Positions 29,121 to 38,413 are shown, counted from the stretch's first letter. The stretch: DNA of 64,000 bases from Actinomycetota bacterium (GCA_030123765.1 JASJXX010000004.1:3601-67600), one strand, 5' to 3'. Translations and numbers: made by a program. The notes: generated by a model not told the origin, from the letters alone.

Positions 29121-29762
29121 TTAGCTTCGTTCAGCCGTTAGGGAGGGAGGGGCCCATCGGGACGTCTCACTCCATCTCTGCTGATCGCGGCTCGACAGGG
29201 TGATGACTTCTGCATGGGCTGGTGGCTCGCGCCGTAGATCGGCGAGGCTGCCCCCGGTCAGGGTCAGGCGTATCGCCTGTGTCGGGTCCTGGTGTCCGAC
29301 GACGACGATGCGTCGACGCCCGTTCGCGAGCTGCTCCTTGATCGCCTCTCCCATCCGCAGCGCGACCGCGTCGAGTGTCTCGTGCCCGCCTGCACGCGAC
29401 GCATCGTGGAGGTAGGACGCGAATTCGAAGCGGAACAGCTCTGCGACCGTGTCCCAGCGGTGGCCTGTCCAGTGGGGAAACTGCCGCGCCTCCGTGAGTC
29501 GGAGATCTATCTGGGGAGTGATGCCATGTCGGCGTGCGACGGCAGTGGCGGTCTGGACTGCTCGATCAAGAGGCGATGTGATCACAGCGTCGATCTCCTT
29601 GTTCGACAGGTGCTCGGCGCAGCGATGTGCCTGGAGAACTCCAGTAGGGGAGAGGTGAAAGCCGGGAAGGTCGCCGTAGACGACGTGGTTCGGATTCGCG
29701 ACCTCGCCGTGGCGAGTGAGGTAGACGTAACAGGTTTCAGACATCACGCAACAGTACTTCAT
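29121..29762 (-). CDS. Histidine phosphatase family protein (phosphoglycerate mutase-like).
   Basis: The start is set at ATG 29762 (MKYCCVMSETCYVYLTRHGE), preceded by GGAGA. The catalytic RHG motif is present. The track ORF extends to 29981. Confidence 0.7.
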   Translation of the reverse strand: MKYCCVMSETCYVYLTRHGEVANPNHVVYGDLPGFHLSPTGVLQAHRCAEHLSNKEIDAVITSPLDRAVQTATAVARRHGITPQIDLRLTEARQFPHWTGHRWDTVAELFRFEFASYLHDASRAGGHETLDAVALRMGEAIKEQLANGRRRIVVVGHQDPTQAIRLTLTGGSLADLRREPPAHAEVITLSSRDQQRWSETSRWAPPSLTAERS

Positions 29763-29963
29763 GGCCCGTCTCCGTCGGACTCGCAGCTCTTCGGAGATGG
29801 GCGATGTTGGCGTGATCCCCCTTCTGACCCTCCTTCGTCGGGTCATCTCTCCTCGCAGGGGGGAGAGCAGGAGGAAGTGTTTGTTGATCGATTCTTCCGG
29901 TAGCGCGTATGAGGAGGTCGGTATACTGGTGGCAGGAACCCGCCGGTCAACTACGGGAACGAT

Positions 29964-30305
29964 ATGCCACTCAACGAGCATGAGCAGAAGATCCTCGACG
30001 AGATCGAGCGACAGCTCTATGAGGAGGATCCCAAACTTGCGGAAATGGTCGCCAAGGCCATCCGTGGGGGACGGGAGCCCTGGAAGCTGCGGCTCGCCTC
30101 AGCTGTGTTCGGTGTGGGAGCGGTCGTGATGCTCGTCTCCTTCACTAGGTCATGGGCAGTCGCCGGTGCGGGGTTCCTGGTAATGGTTGTCTCCGCGGCC
30201 TGGATCGCGATCGCGGTCCGCTCATCAGGAGCTGATCGTCCGGCAGTTGGCGCAGTCGACGAATGGTTACTGCGCTTCCAACATAGGTGGCGCAGAGACG
30301 GCTAG
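29964..30305 (+). CDS. DUF3040 domain membrane protein.
   Basis: 113 aa. MPLNEHEQKILDEIERQLYEEDPKLA is the hallmark DUF3040 N-terminus, followed by a TM segment. A TATACT -10-like hexamer lies at 29922-29927. Confidence 0.75.
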   Translation: MPLNEHEQKILDEIERQLYEEDPKLAEMVAKAIRGGREPWKLRLASAVFGVGAVVMLVSFTRSWAVAGAGFLVMVVSAAWIAIAVRSSGADRPAVGAVDEWLLRFQHRWRRDG

Positions 30306-30407
30306 GATTACTAGCCGCTTCAGGAAAGACGACATGTCGCCGAAGTGGGAGAGACCAGAGCGGACAACCTCATCGCGTCCGCATGAGAGAGTAAAGGGAG
30401 ATCGGTT

Positions 30408-30905
30408 TTGGAGGGTTTCACCGCCGCACAGGCATGTCGCCTGACGTCCTGTACACCTCATCAGCTGCGTTACTGGGACAAGGTCGGGCTCATCAGGCCC
30501 TCGATCCAGACGACGGATGGCCGGCCGGGCCGACGGCGCATTTACAGCTTCCGCGACCTTGTCGGCCTCCGCGTCGTGAAGAGCCTTCTTGACAACGGTT
30601 TGTCGATACAACGCGTACGTCGAGCCTGGGACTACCTGAGGCGAACAGGCCACATGGACGAGCATCTTGCAGAGGTCAAACTTGTCACGGACGGCCAATC
30701 GATTTTTGCTGTCGCACACGACGAGACCGAGCTTCTCGACGCACTCAGACAGGGGCAGCTCGCGTTCTTCGTGAAGATCGATGAGATCGCTCAGGATGTC
30801 GAAGATGATGTCACGAAATTCGAACTTGACCGGTCGAGCTTCCTCAAGATGCTGAGGCTCGTCGAAGACGACGTCATGGCTGAGGCAGAGGAATCCTTGG
30901 GCTGA
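30408..30905 (+). CDS. MerR-family transcriptional regulator.
   Basis: 165 aa with an N-terminal MerR HTH (FTAAQACRLTSCTPHQLRYWDKVGLIRP). TTG start with an AAGGGAG SD 7 nt upstream. Confidence 0.65.
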   Translation: MEGFTAAQACRLTSCTPHQLRYWDKVGLIRPSIQTTDGRPGRRRIYSFRDLVGLRVVKSLLDNGLSIQRVRRAWDYLRRTGHMDEHLAEVKLVTDGQSIFAVAHDETELLDALRQGQLAFFVKIDEIAQDVEDDVTKFELDRSSFLKMLRLVEDDVMAEAEESLG

Positions 30906-33353
30906 TCACCGAGGTTCGTTCATGCCTCGTGCAAGACCGGACCACTTCTCACGCAGCTTCGTAGGTTGGAGCGCCGCGAGGACGCGTCTGCTACGCGAAT
31001 AACGCGAAGTTATGTGCTCCACAGCTTGAGCGTGGGCGGTCGCGGCACGTTCGATGTCGGTTGTTGTTGTCGTCTCCCTGCCGTAGATGGCTGCTCCATA
31101 CGACCGGGCGAGAGGCACGAGCGCATCGCTCACAGAACGTGCAGCCTCAAGTGGTGTCGTCGCGGCGTCGAAGGGCTCGCCGAAGTCCGCGAGACGATCA
31201 GTGATGTCTTCCCACGCCGCTGTGATGTCGCCTTGGGAGAGTCGCCGAAGCCGCCTGCGCCTGCGTATCCACTTCATTGCCGGAGTCAGGAGGGCTCCGA
31301 AACTAAGGAGTGCGCTCCCCGCGAGTATCCACGCGAGCCACGGCGGAAGCGTGATCCCCGACGCCTCCCCCTCCTCGCCGCCGGCACCCAGGATGACGGT
31401 GCGTTCCTGCGCTTCGATGTCGAGGAACCGTCCCTGAGGTCCGATCACATCATCATCGAGTGCGATGACATCAGGGTCCGGTATGGCCGACGCGTAGGCG
31501 ATTGCGGAGAAACCGAGAATCTCGGTCAGGTTCTCGTCTGCCGTCGTTGCCGCGTAGCCCGACCTCGGGGTTGGGTCGAAGGACATCCACCCGTAGGCCG
31601 GGACCCATATCTCGACCCACGCATGCGCATTCTTGTCCTGCACCTGGACAGTGGTCGGGTTGAGCAGGACTCCGGGTGTGAACCCGAGGACGACCCGGGC
31701 CGGAACGTCGAGTGAACGGGCCATCAGAGCCATTGCGGTAGCGAACTGCTCGCAGTATCCGTTCCTTACGAACGGGTTCGACGCATCGGTGAGCCAATCA
31801 TCGATCGAACCGGTCGTGTACTGGGAAGGTACCTGCGTGTTGTAGACGAATTCGCCGGATGTTCTGAAGTAGTGCTCGAGCGCCAGTGCCTTCTCGAAGT
31901 TCGTCTCGAGGTTGTCGGTGACTTGCCGTGCTCTGGCTCGGACTCGGCCACCGAGGTCGTCAGGTGTTGCTGTCCAGAACTCGACGTCTACGAGTTGTGC
32001 TTGATTGATCTGGCTCTGCTGATCCGGCAGATACTGTCCATCGTCGACCGCAGCCTGGAACAAGGGACTCAGCTCCCCGGTCTCGGTTCGGGTGATGACT
32101 GCGAGCGCCGCGACGGTGTATCTGGGAACGTCCGAGCGCACGGAGTATGTCATTCCCTCGTAGGTCACGTCGCCGGGAAGGATCAGTGATCCGTCGAGTC
32201 GTCGGATTTGGATCGATCTCGTGTCGTCCTCACGGGAGGCGATCACGCCGTTCGGCGTCGCCGGCGCCGGCATCCATGGCTGGGTCAGCGCCTGAATGGT
32301 GATGTCGGCAACGACGGAGACGGTCTCCCCTCGATACCGCTGGCTCTCGTGGATCCAGGGGGCCTCCTCCGCTGGATAGGAGTGGATGCGGTCTGTCGCC
32401 CACCGGCCGTTCTCAAAGACGTTGAGGGTCACGGTTCGGAACCGAACGTCGAGAGGATCCATGCCTTGGATCTCTGCGGTGAAGATCGGTGTCTCCGTCA
32501 GGCTGATGAGGCTCGCTCTGATGTCGGTGAACGGGTTGTAGGAAGAGGAGCCTGAGTACGCGTCCGAGTAGCCCGACGGTGATCTCCATGTAGCGAACCC
32601 GTCTGTCGGGACGGTGTCTCCGATGAGCGCGACTGCACCGAGTCCGGCAGTGACTGCTCCGACGATGAGGAGACCGATGGCAGGAGTTGGTCTCTTTGAC
32701 GGTGGTCGATCCGCTCTGACTCGTTGGAGGCTCGCCGCTCCCCGATCATGCTGGTCCGAACGGACGGCGATGAGCAGGAACGCCACGATGAGAACGAATA
32801 CGATGAGGTGAGTGGCGCTCGGTGGCTTGCGATCGATGATCGAGAACTGGATGGCGAGAATGATGGGCGTCACGGTCGCTACGAATGGGCGATCATTGAG
32901 AAGCCCGGCGACGAGAAGGAATCCGAGCACCCAGAAGAGAAGTGAGAGGAGGAGCAGGACGCCGGGGACGGGGCGGACGGGTTCCACGCTGTACCGGATG
33001 ATCTCGAGTGCTCGCCGCCACTCGTCCTGGAGTGCTCCCCACGTCTCAGGAGTGGGGAGGAAGAGGAGAAGCGTATCCGGTGCCACGATCAGTCCACCGA
33101 CGATGATGAAGGCCCCGACGTTGACAGCCGCGACGAGCGAGGCTGGTGACCGGTACGCGATCGCTGTCCATGTGATGCCTGCGCCGAGCAGGAGGGCAGT
33201 GACGATCGCGACCTGCCAGGGAGTGCCAGTAACCGAGTCTCGCAGGAGGAGCGAGACTTCCCAGAAGGCGAGCGCGATCGCAGCGATGCCTGCTATCCAA
33301 CTGAGGCGATAGACCATCCGTGCTCCATTGCGTTTCGCCACGGTTCCGCCCAC
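30906..33353 (-). CDS. Transglutaminase-domain membrane protein (TgpA-like, with DUF3488-type N-terminal TM region).
   Basis: 815 aa with multi-TM N-terminal and C-terminal regions. The transglutaminase core reads GYCEQFATAMALMARSLDVPARVVLGF ... HAWVEIWVPAYGWMSFDPT. Confidence 0.8.
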   Translation of the reverse strand: MGGTVAKRNGARMVYRLSWIAGIAAIALAFWEVSLLLRDSVTGTPWQVAIVTALLLGAGITWTAIAYRSPASLVAAVNVGAFIIVGGLIVAPDTLLLFLPTPETWGALQDEWRRALEIIRYSVEPVRPVPGVLLLLSLLFWVLGFLLVAGLLNDRPFVATVTPIILAIQFSIIDRKPPSATHLIVFVLIVAFLLIAVRSDQHDRGAASLQRVRADRPPSKRPTPAIGLLIVGAVTAGLGAVALIGDTVPTDGFATWRSPSGYSDAYSGSSSYNPFTDIRASLISLTETPIFTAEIQGMDPLDVRFRTVTLNVFENGRWATDRIHSYPAEEAPWIHESQRYRGETVSVVADITIQALTQPWMPAPATPNGVIASREDDTRSIQIRRLDGSLILPGDVTYEGMTYSVRSDVPRYTVAALAVITRTETGELSPLFQAAVDDGQYLPDQQSQINQAQLVDVEFWTATPDDLGGRVRARARQVTDNLETNFEKALALEHYFRTSGEFVYNTQVPSQYTTGSIDDWLTDASNPFVRNGYCEQFATAMALMARSLDVPARVVLGFTPGVLLNPTTVQVQDKNAHAWVEIWVPAYGWMSFDPTPRSGYAATTADENLTEILGFSAIAYASAIPDPDVIALDDDVIGPQGRFLDIEAQERTVILGAGGEEGEASGITLPPWLAWILAGSALLSFGALLTPAMKWIRRRRRLRRLSQGDITAAWEDITDRLADFGEPFDAATTPLEAARSVSDALVPLARSYGAAIYGRETTTTTDIERAATAHAQAVEHITSRYSRSRRVLAALQPTKLREKWSGLARGMNEPR

Positions 33354-34477
33354 GATCCTCCCGGTGTCGTCCTGACAACGAGGGCACCGGTCCTGGCGAA
33401 TCCGAGGATCTCCTTATTCTCCCCCTCTCCTACAGAGAGCACCACTGTTCTGTAGAAATTCTGACTGAGTAACACGAAAGCAGCGAGGTCGGCGTCGTCG
33501 GGCTGACCAGTGATCATCACCAGCACGCCACCTGCCATACCGCTTCTCTGCAAGGTGGCGACGAGGTGCCTGAGATCGACGCCGTGTTCCGGCGTGATCG
33601 TGGCGAGTTCCTCCATCGCCACGCGGTAGGTGTTGGAGTTGTCAACCATGGTGCCTCTGCCGTGCCCCGCCCAGATAGTTGGCGTGTATCCGGCATTGAA
33701 GAGGTGACGCAGCACCGATGCCGCTCCCCTGACCGCTTGTTCGAAACTCTCTGGTGACGAGTGTGGCTCGGATCGAGGATCGAGGACGAGGAACGCGCGG
33801 GACTGCCGCGGCATCTCGAGCTGTTTGATGATGAGTTCATCGTGTCGTGCCGTCGAAGGCCAGTGCACCTTGCGGAGGTCGTCACCGTGCTGGTACTCGC
33901 GCAGCGTGAAGAAGTCCTCGCTGCCAGTGTGCCAGAAATCCGCCCTCGAGGTGCTCATCGTCTGGTCCTGCCCGCGTCCGGTCGGCACACCATGGAGATC
34001 CTCAACCTTCGGATACACCACGAGGCGATCCGCCGAGCCTGCGGTGGAGGTTGCTTCTGCGAGTCCGAGTGGATCTGAGACAGAGACACTCGATGGGCCC
34101 ACGGCGTACACGCCACGCGGCCTGCAGAGGACCTCGTAGCGGCCAATCATGGTGTCGTCGGCGGCGACCCGGTCTGCGACGAACGCTGCCGATCCAAGCC
34201 CGTGTATCCGATCTTCGACGCGTACCCGGTACACCTTCTGGCGTGAGCGTATGGAGAGGTCGACGAGAGCTCTCTCGCCATCGTGGAGTTGGGGAGGGAC
34301 GATGGTCCGACGCACCGAGAGCTTGGGCCCCGAGAGTCGTACGTACATCGTTCCCCCCGCGGTCGCAGCAACGAGGAAGACAGCGAGCGCAAGCAGAAGA
34401 TCCTCACCGAATACCACCCACAATACGACGAGAGCCGTCGCCGCACCGACCGCAGCCCACCCTCGAGTCGTCGGCAT
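33293..34477 (-). CDS. DUF58 domain protein (vWA-like partner of MoxR).
   Basis: 394 aa with an N-terminal TM pair. The DUF58 motif FFTLREYQHGDDLRKVHWPSTAR is present. Confidence 0.8.
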   Translation of the reverse strand: MPTTRGWAAVGAATALVVLWVVFGEDLLLALAVFLVAATAGGTMYVRLSGPKLSVRRTIVPPQLHDGERALVDLSIRSRQKVYRVRVEDRIHGLGSAAFVADRVAADDTMIGRYEVLCRPRGVYAVGPSSVSVSDPLGLAEATSTAGSADRLVVYPKVEDLHGVPTGRGQDQTMSTSRADFWHTGSEDFFTLREYQHGDDLRKVHWPSTARHDELIIKQLEMPRQSRAFLVLDPRSEPHSSPESFEQAVRGAASVLRHLFNAGYTPTIWAGHGRGTMVDNSNTYRVAMEELATITPEHGVDLRHLVATLQRSGMAGGVLVMITGQPDDADLAAFVLLSQNFYRTVVLSVGEGENKEILGFARTGALVVRTTPGGSWAEPWRNAMEHGWSIASVG

Positions 34478-35565
34478 CAGATCGGGGGTCGTGTCCCGGG
34501 CACGGGAACCGAATCTGTGATTTCCGTCAGGATCGCATCGACCGTTCTGCCACGCATCTGGGCCTCCGGGCGGATGATGAGCCGGTGATTGAGCACCGGC
34601 GTGATGATCACCTTCACATCGTCGGGGCTTGCGTAATCCCTGCCGTCGGCGGCTGCATTGGTACGGGCGGCTCTCTGGAGGAAGAGGGTCGCCCTCGGCG
34701 ATGCTCCGAGGAGGATGTCGGGATGGGACCTTGTCGCTTCTGCGAGGCTGATGAGGTACATCCGCAGGACCTCTGCGACATGGACGCTGCGGGCGATCGA
34801 CGCCATGCGAATCACGTCCTCGGCGTGCACGACCGGCTTGAGATCCACGAAGCTCGAATGTTCGCCGTGGGTCTGGAGCATCTCGAGCTCTTTCGCCCGA
34901 TCGGGGTACCCCATCCTCACCCGCATCATGAAGCGATCGAGCTGAGCCTCGGGGAGGGGGTAGGTGCCCTCGTGCTCGATCGGGTTCTGTGTCGCGACGA
35001 CCATGAAAGGAGCTTCGAGATTTCGCGTCTCGCCGTCGACCGTGATCTGGCGCTCCTCCATTGCTTCAAGCAGCGCGGCCTGGGTCTTGGGACTTGCGCG
35101 GTTGATCTCGTCACCGAGGAGTATGTTCGTGAATACCGGTCCCGCCCGGAAGAAGAACGAACCCCGTTCCCTGTTCCATACGGAGACGCCCGTGATATCG
35201 GAGGGGAGGAGGTCAGGGGTGAATTGGATGCGCTGGAACCTGCAGTCGATTGATTTCGCGAGGGACTTGGCGAGCAGCGTCTTGCCAACTCCCGGGACAT
35301 CCTCGATCAGGACGTGGCCTTCCGAGATCAGGCTGGTGACGACGAGTTCAATAGAATCGCGTTTTCCCTGGATGACACGTTCGATATTCGTAGCGACCGC
35401 TCGGAAGCGATCCCCGAACCATGTGAGATCTTCTGGCGTCACTGGCGCCCTTCTCTCTCTCTTCGCAGAACGACCGGTGCTGACAATACCGCCGACAGTG
35501 ACTATCGGCATCTGATTCTTCTTGCCATGCATGTAGCGTGGGAACGATGTTGAGTTGGCGCACAT
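34477..35565 (-). CDS. MoxR-family AAA+ ATPase.
   Basis: 362 aa. It carries Walker A (GVGKTLLAKSLA) and Walker B (NILLGDEINRASPKTQAALLEAM). The start may be an internal ATG. Confidence 0.85.
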   Translation of the reverse strand: MCANSTSFPRYMHGKKNQMPIVTVGGIVSTGRSAKRERRAPVTPEDLTWFGDRFRAVATNIERVIQGKRDSIELVVTSLISEGHVLIEDVPGVGKTLLAKSLAKSIDCRFQRIQFTPDLLPSDITGVSVWNRERGSFFFRAGPVFTNILLGDEINRASPKTQAALLEAMEERQITVDGETRNLEAPFMVVATQNPIEHEGTYPLPEAQLDRFMMRVRMGYPDRAKELEMLQTHGEHSSFVDLKPVVHAEDVIRMASIARSVHVAEVLRMYLISLAEATRSHPDILLGASPRATLFLQRAARTNAAADGRDYASPDDVKVIITPVLNHRLIIRPEAQMRGRTVDAILTEITDSVPVPGTRPPI

Positions 35566-35805
35566 TCGCAGCGATCCTCGTCCGCCCCGTCCTGTGGCCT
35601 ACCGCGGTGGGTGCCGTGTTCGCGTTCGCTCCCCGTTTCTGGTGGAAGCGAGCGCCATTCCTCCCTCTGCCAGATCGTTCGGTGATGGCATGGCGGGTGA
35701 CTACTGCTTTCGCACACCCGGATATGACCCTTGCCTCTTCGGACGTAGTTTCGTATCTTCAATGGAGACGCGCAGCGTGACATCGATTGGGGCCAAGGAG
35801 ACACG

Positions 35806-36669
35806 GTGGAGAAGAAATCCTTACGAGACGATCTGCTCGGTATCGACGGTGTCGAGGGTGCCGAGGTTCAAGGATTGCCCGACGCGCCGGCTGGCCTTCG
35901 CATCAGGATCGCGAATGGAGCGGATCAGGAGGCTGTCGGAGGCGCGATTCGTCGCGTGCTGAGTGCGCATGGTCTAGGAACCGACACACGACTGCCCGGT
36001 GAGTCGATGCCGGCAGCCCAGAGTGAGAACGACGGGGGCGGCATTGCCCTCCTCACTTCTGAGGCTGTGGACGCCGAGGAAGAAGAGGAGGAAGGTGAGA
36101 CTGCCCTCCTCGCTTCTGAGTCGGCAGATGCTGAGGACGAGGACGGAGAGCGGATGGTCATTGATCTCACGGACGATCACGGTCAGACGCCGGAGCCGAT
36201 CGAGTCGGTGTCGAGGGAACCTCTCGAGCGCATGCAAGCATCGGTGACTCCTGGATCGTGGGAACAGTCGGACGAGTCCCTCGTCGCGCCTGTCCAGAAG
36301 CGAGCAGCACGGTTGCCAAGTCGCGGCACAGATCAGGTTCTCACCAGGATCGATAGTGTCTCCGTCGAAGAGGGGCTGTCAGGGGTTCTGGTGACAGTCG
36401 TGGCGACCGACGGCTCTGAGACATTCCAGGTAGCGTCGTCGAGCGAGAGCGGAGTTGAGCTGGCGGTCGTGAAGGCTGCGGCGAGGATGGTCAACGCTGC
36501 TGCTCCCGATCCTGTGGTTGTTGAGATCGAGGACCGAAGGATCGAAGGCGTCGACATCGTGATGGTCGTCCTCAACATCGACGGCAAACTCGTCACCGGC
36601 TCGGCCATCGTGGTCGCAGGGAGAGCGTTCGCTCTCGGCCGAGCGACCTGGGCTGCTCTCTCGGTCTAG
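35806..36669 (+). CDS. Acidic hypothetical protein with an internal tandem repeat.
   Basis: 287 aa. GTG start with an AAGGAGA SD. It is strongly acidic and contains two imperfect 17-19 aa repeats (ALLTSEAVDAEEEEEEGE / ALLASESADAEDEDGE). The C-terminal 110 aa are beta-rich (VLVTVVATDGSETFQV...VVVEIEDRRIEGVDIVMVVLNIDGKLV). Confidence 0.5.
   Translation: MEKKSLRDDLLGIDGVEGAEVQGLPDAPAGLRIRIANGADQEAVGGAIRRVLSAHGLGTDTRLPGESMPAAQSENDGGGIALLTSEAVDAEEEEEEGETALLASESADAEDEDGERMVIDLTDDHGQTPEPIESVSREPLERMQASVTPGSWEQSDESLVAPVQKRAARLPSRGTDQVLTRIDSVSVEEGLSGVLVTVVATDGSETFQVASSSESGVELAVVKAAARMVNAAAPDPVVVEIEDRRIEGVDIVMVVLNIDGKLVTGSAIVVAGRAFALGRATWAALSV
36043..36150 (+). repeat. Imperfect in-frame tandem duplication (57 nt + 51 nt) inside the acidic protein gene.
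   Basis: attgccctcctcacttctgaggctgtggacgccgaggaagaagaggaggaaggtgag followed by actgccctcctcgcttctgagtcggcagatgctgaggacgaggacggagag. Confidence 0.6.
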
Positions 36670-36679
36670 GAGGCTTCTC

Positions 36680-37204
36680 CTACGCGGTCGGGGCGATCAG
36701 TTCGATGATCACATCGGTTGATGTGTCGCGGACCATGATCTCCGGTTCGACGAGCGTTGGGCGTGTCACCACCTCGCCGTCTCCCGAGAGGCCGAAAGCT
36801 TTCCGGTACTCAAGCATCCGGGCGAGCACATCCCGCACAACGATGCGAGCGTGGTCGTCCCTCGCTGTGCCGAGCGCTTCGATGTCAGCGTCATCTGTGG
36901 CGATGACCGTTACCCCGGCTTCACGGAGATCCTGGATCATGATCTCCTGGGTTATCTTGTCCGGGGAGAACGCCGCGAGGTTCGCGATCACAACGGCGTC
37001 TGTCCCACCCGAGCGGGCGATGTCGAGCAGCGCCTTGAATCCTGGTCGATCCATGGGAGCAGAAGCCGTGGGGTGGTCCTGGCATACGGAGATGAGCTCA
37101 TTCGCGGTCTCCGACGCCCAGCGCCGGATGCGTTCGCTCTGCGCGAACGCGGTATCGGGGTCACTCCGTCCCGGAGTCTGTCGTACGTAGCCTGCAATTT
37201 TCAT
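36680..37204 (-). CDS. Serine-recombinase (resolvase) catalytic-domain-like protein, apparently catalytically degenerate, with no DNA-binding HTH.
   Basis: The start is set at ATG 37204 (MKIAGYVRQTPGRSD...). The track ORF extends to 37393 over the usp gene. The resolvase-fold pattern is GY.R ... DRPGFKALLDIARSGGTDAVVIANL ... LREAGVTVIA. In the nucleophile position YARVS is replaced by YVRQT, and the DRLGRS arginines are replaced by NLAAFS. Confidence 0.5.
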   Translation of the reverse strand: MKIAGYVRQTPGRSDPDTAFAQSERIRRWASETANELISVCQDHPTASAPMDRPGFKALLDIARSGGTDAVVIANLAAFSPDKITQEIMIQDLREAGVTVIATDDADIEALGTARDDHARIVVRDVLARMLEYRKAFGLSGDGEVVTRPTLVEPEIMVRDTSTDVIIELIAPTA

Positions 37205-37283
37205 GATGCCTCTCTGACGCACCCGATTATCGTACCGGCGCATCAACGCGGTCAAGCACTGCCTCGGCACTCTCGGTGGGAGG

Positions 37284-37796
37284 CTAGCGCAGAATAAGGA
37301 CAGGCCGCTTCGCTCTACGAACGAGTTTGGACCCCGTCGATCCGAGGAGACCGGGGAACGCGCCGTGGCCGTGGGAGCCGACCACGATGACATCAGCAGT
37401 CAGGCTCGCTGCGACGCTCATGATCCCCGCAACGATGTCGGTGCCTTCCTCGACATCCGATTCAGCGGATCCGCCGAGTGCGCGGATAGCGTCGGTGACA
37501 GGCCTGCAGATCTCTACGCGTTTGTTGCCGAGGTACTGCTTGATGACGGCGTCATCACCTGGCCAGCTCTTCGACATAGAGGTCGTGACGTCAAGAGTGC
37601 CGACGTACTCGCTGTCCGAGTCGACGTGCACCGGGGCAGCCTCGCCCCACTTCGCCCGGAGCTCAGGAAGGAGTTGGCGGGGGATCAGAACGATCGTCGT
37701 CACCGTCGTTCTGCCTCCTTCGCCCGCGAGGGCGTGGGCGAACGTCGCCATCTCATCGACATCTGCGCTTCCGTCTGTCGCGACCAGTACGTGCAT
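37284..37796 (-). CDS. Universal stress protein (UspA family).
   Basis: 170 aa. Motifs HVLVATDGS ... VIVVGSHGHGAFPGLLGSTGSKLVRRAKRPVLIL. Confidence 0.85.
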   Translation of the reverse strand: MHVLVATDGSADVDEMATFAHALAGEGGRTTVTTIVLIPRQLLPELRAKWGEAAPVHVDSDSEYVGTLDVTTSMSKSWPGDDAVIKQYLGNKRVEICRPVTDAIRALGGSAESDVEEGTDIVAGIMSVAASLTADVIVVGSHGHGAFPGLLGSTGSKLVRRAKRPVLILR

Positions 37797-37905
37797 GGGT
37801 GATCCTTCCGGGGGTTCGTTGGATTCAGGCTAGGCAGAAATTGCGAGTCATGTGTGGCTCTGCAGCGAACGATGGCTTCGCGCGACTGCTATGTGGGCTC
37901 GTCGT

Positions 37906-37934
37906 ATTGACAAGTGTCGATAAGTGGGGCATAG
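37906..37934 (+). promoter_or_regulatory. Candidate Pmra promoter (-35 TTGACA, 17-bp spacer, -10 CATAGT).
   Basis: TTGACA lies at 37906-37911 and CATAGT at 37929-37934, about 50 nt upstream of the mraZ ATG. Confidence 0.35.
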
Positions 37935-37950
37935 TGGTGACTTGTGGGAG
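37921..37950 (+). promoter_or_regulatory. MraZ operator: three direct repeats of GTGG(G/T) at exact 10-bp phase.
   Basis: aaGTGGGgca taGTGGTgac ttGTGGGaga at 37923, 37933 and 37943, plus an additional GTGGG at 37892. This is the same architecture as the E. coli MraZ box (TGGGN direct repeats with 5-nt spacers), and it overlaps the -10 region. Confidence 0.55.
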
Positions 37951-37981
37951 ACATCCCGGTGATGATGGAGATGAGCAGAAC

Positions 37982-38413
37982 ATGTTCCTTGGGGAGTACC
38001 GCCATTCGCTCGACGAAAAAGGGCGTGTTGTGATGCCGGCCAGATTTCGGTTGGGTCTCGAGGACGGCTGCGTCATTACCAAAGGTCAGGAACGATGCCT
38101 CTACGTGTTTCCGATGGATCGCTGGAAACTTGAAGCGGAGCGAGTTCTCAAGCTTCCTCGCACCGACCGCCGTGCCCGGAACTATGCACGCTCGTTCTTC
38201 GCGTCCGCATCGAACCAGTCACTCGACAAGGCCGGGCGGTGCAAGGTCCCGGAGTCGCTACAGACCTATGCCGGATTGTTGAAGGACGTGACGGTCGTGG
38301 GCGTCGCCGATCGTGTCGAGATCTGGGATTCCGAGACGTGGGAGAGCGTCGCCGCAGAGGCTGACGAGTACTACGCCGCTATTGAGGAGGTCTTGTCGGA
38401 GGACGGAATATGA
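37982..38413 (+). CDS. mraZ: Division/cell-wall cluster transcriptional regulator MraZ.
   Basis: The start is set at ATG 37982 (MFLGEYRHSLDEKGRVVMPARFR), with a GGAG nearby. The track ORF starts upstream at 37799. It has two SpoVT/AbrB-like halves. Confidence 0.9.
   Translation: MFLGEYRHSLDEKGRVVMPARFRLGLEDGCVITKGQERCLYVFPMDRWKLEAERVLKLPRTDRRARNYARSFFASASNQSLDKAGRCKVPESLQTYAGLLKDVTVVGVADRVEIWDSETWESVAAEADEYYAAIEEVLSEDGI

Noticed and set aside
35566-35805. A 240-bp intergenic region, examined as a possible tRNA or ncRNA.
   Set aside because: It has no tRNA-like T-arm (GTTCRA) or cloverleaf complementarity. The short plus-strand ORFs there (35538..35780, 35555..35962) lack RBS and coding bias. 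It is treated as a promoter region.
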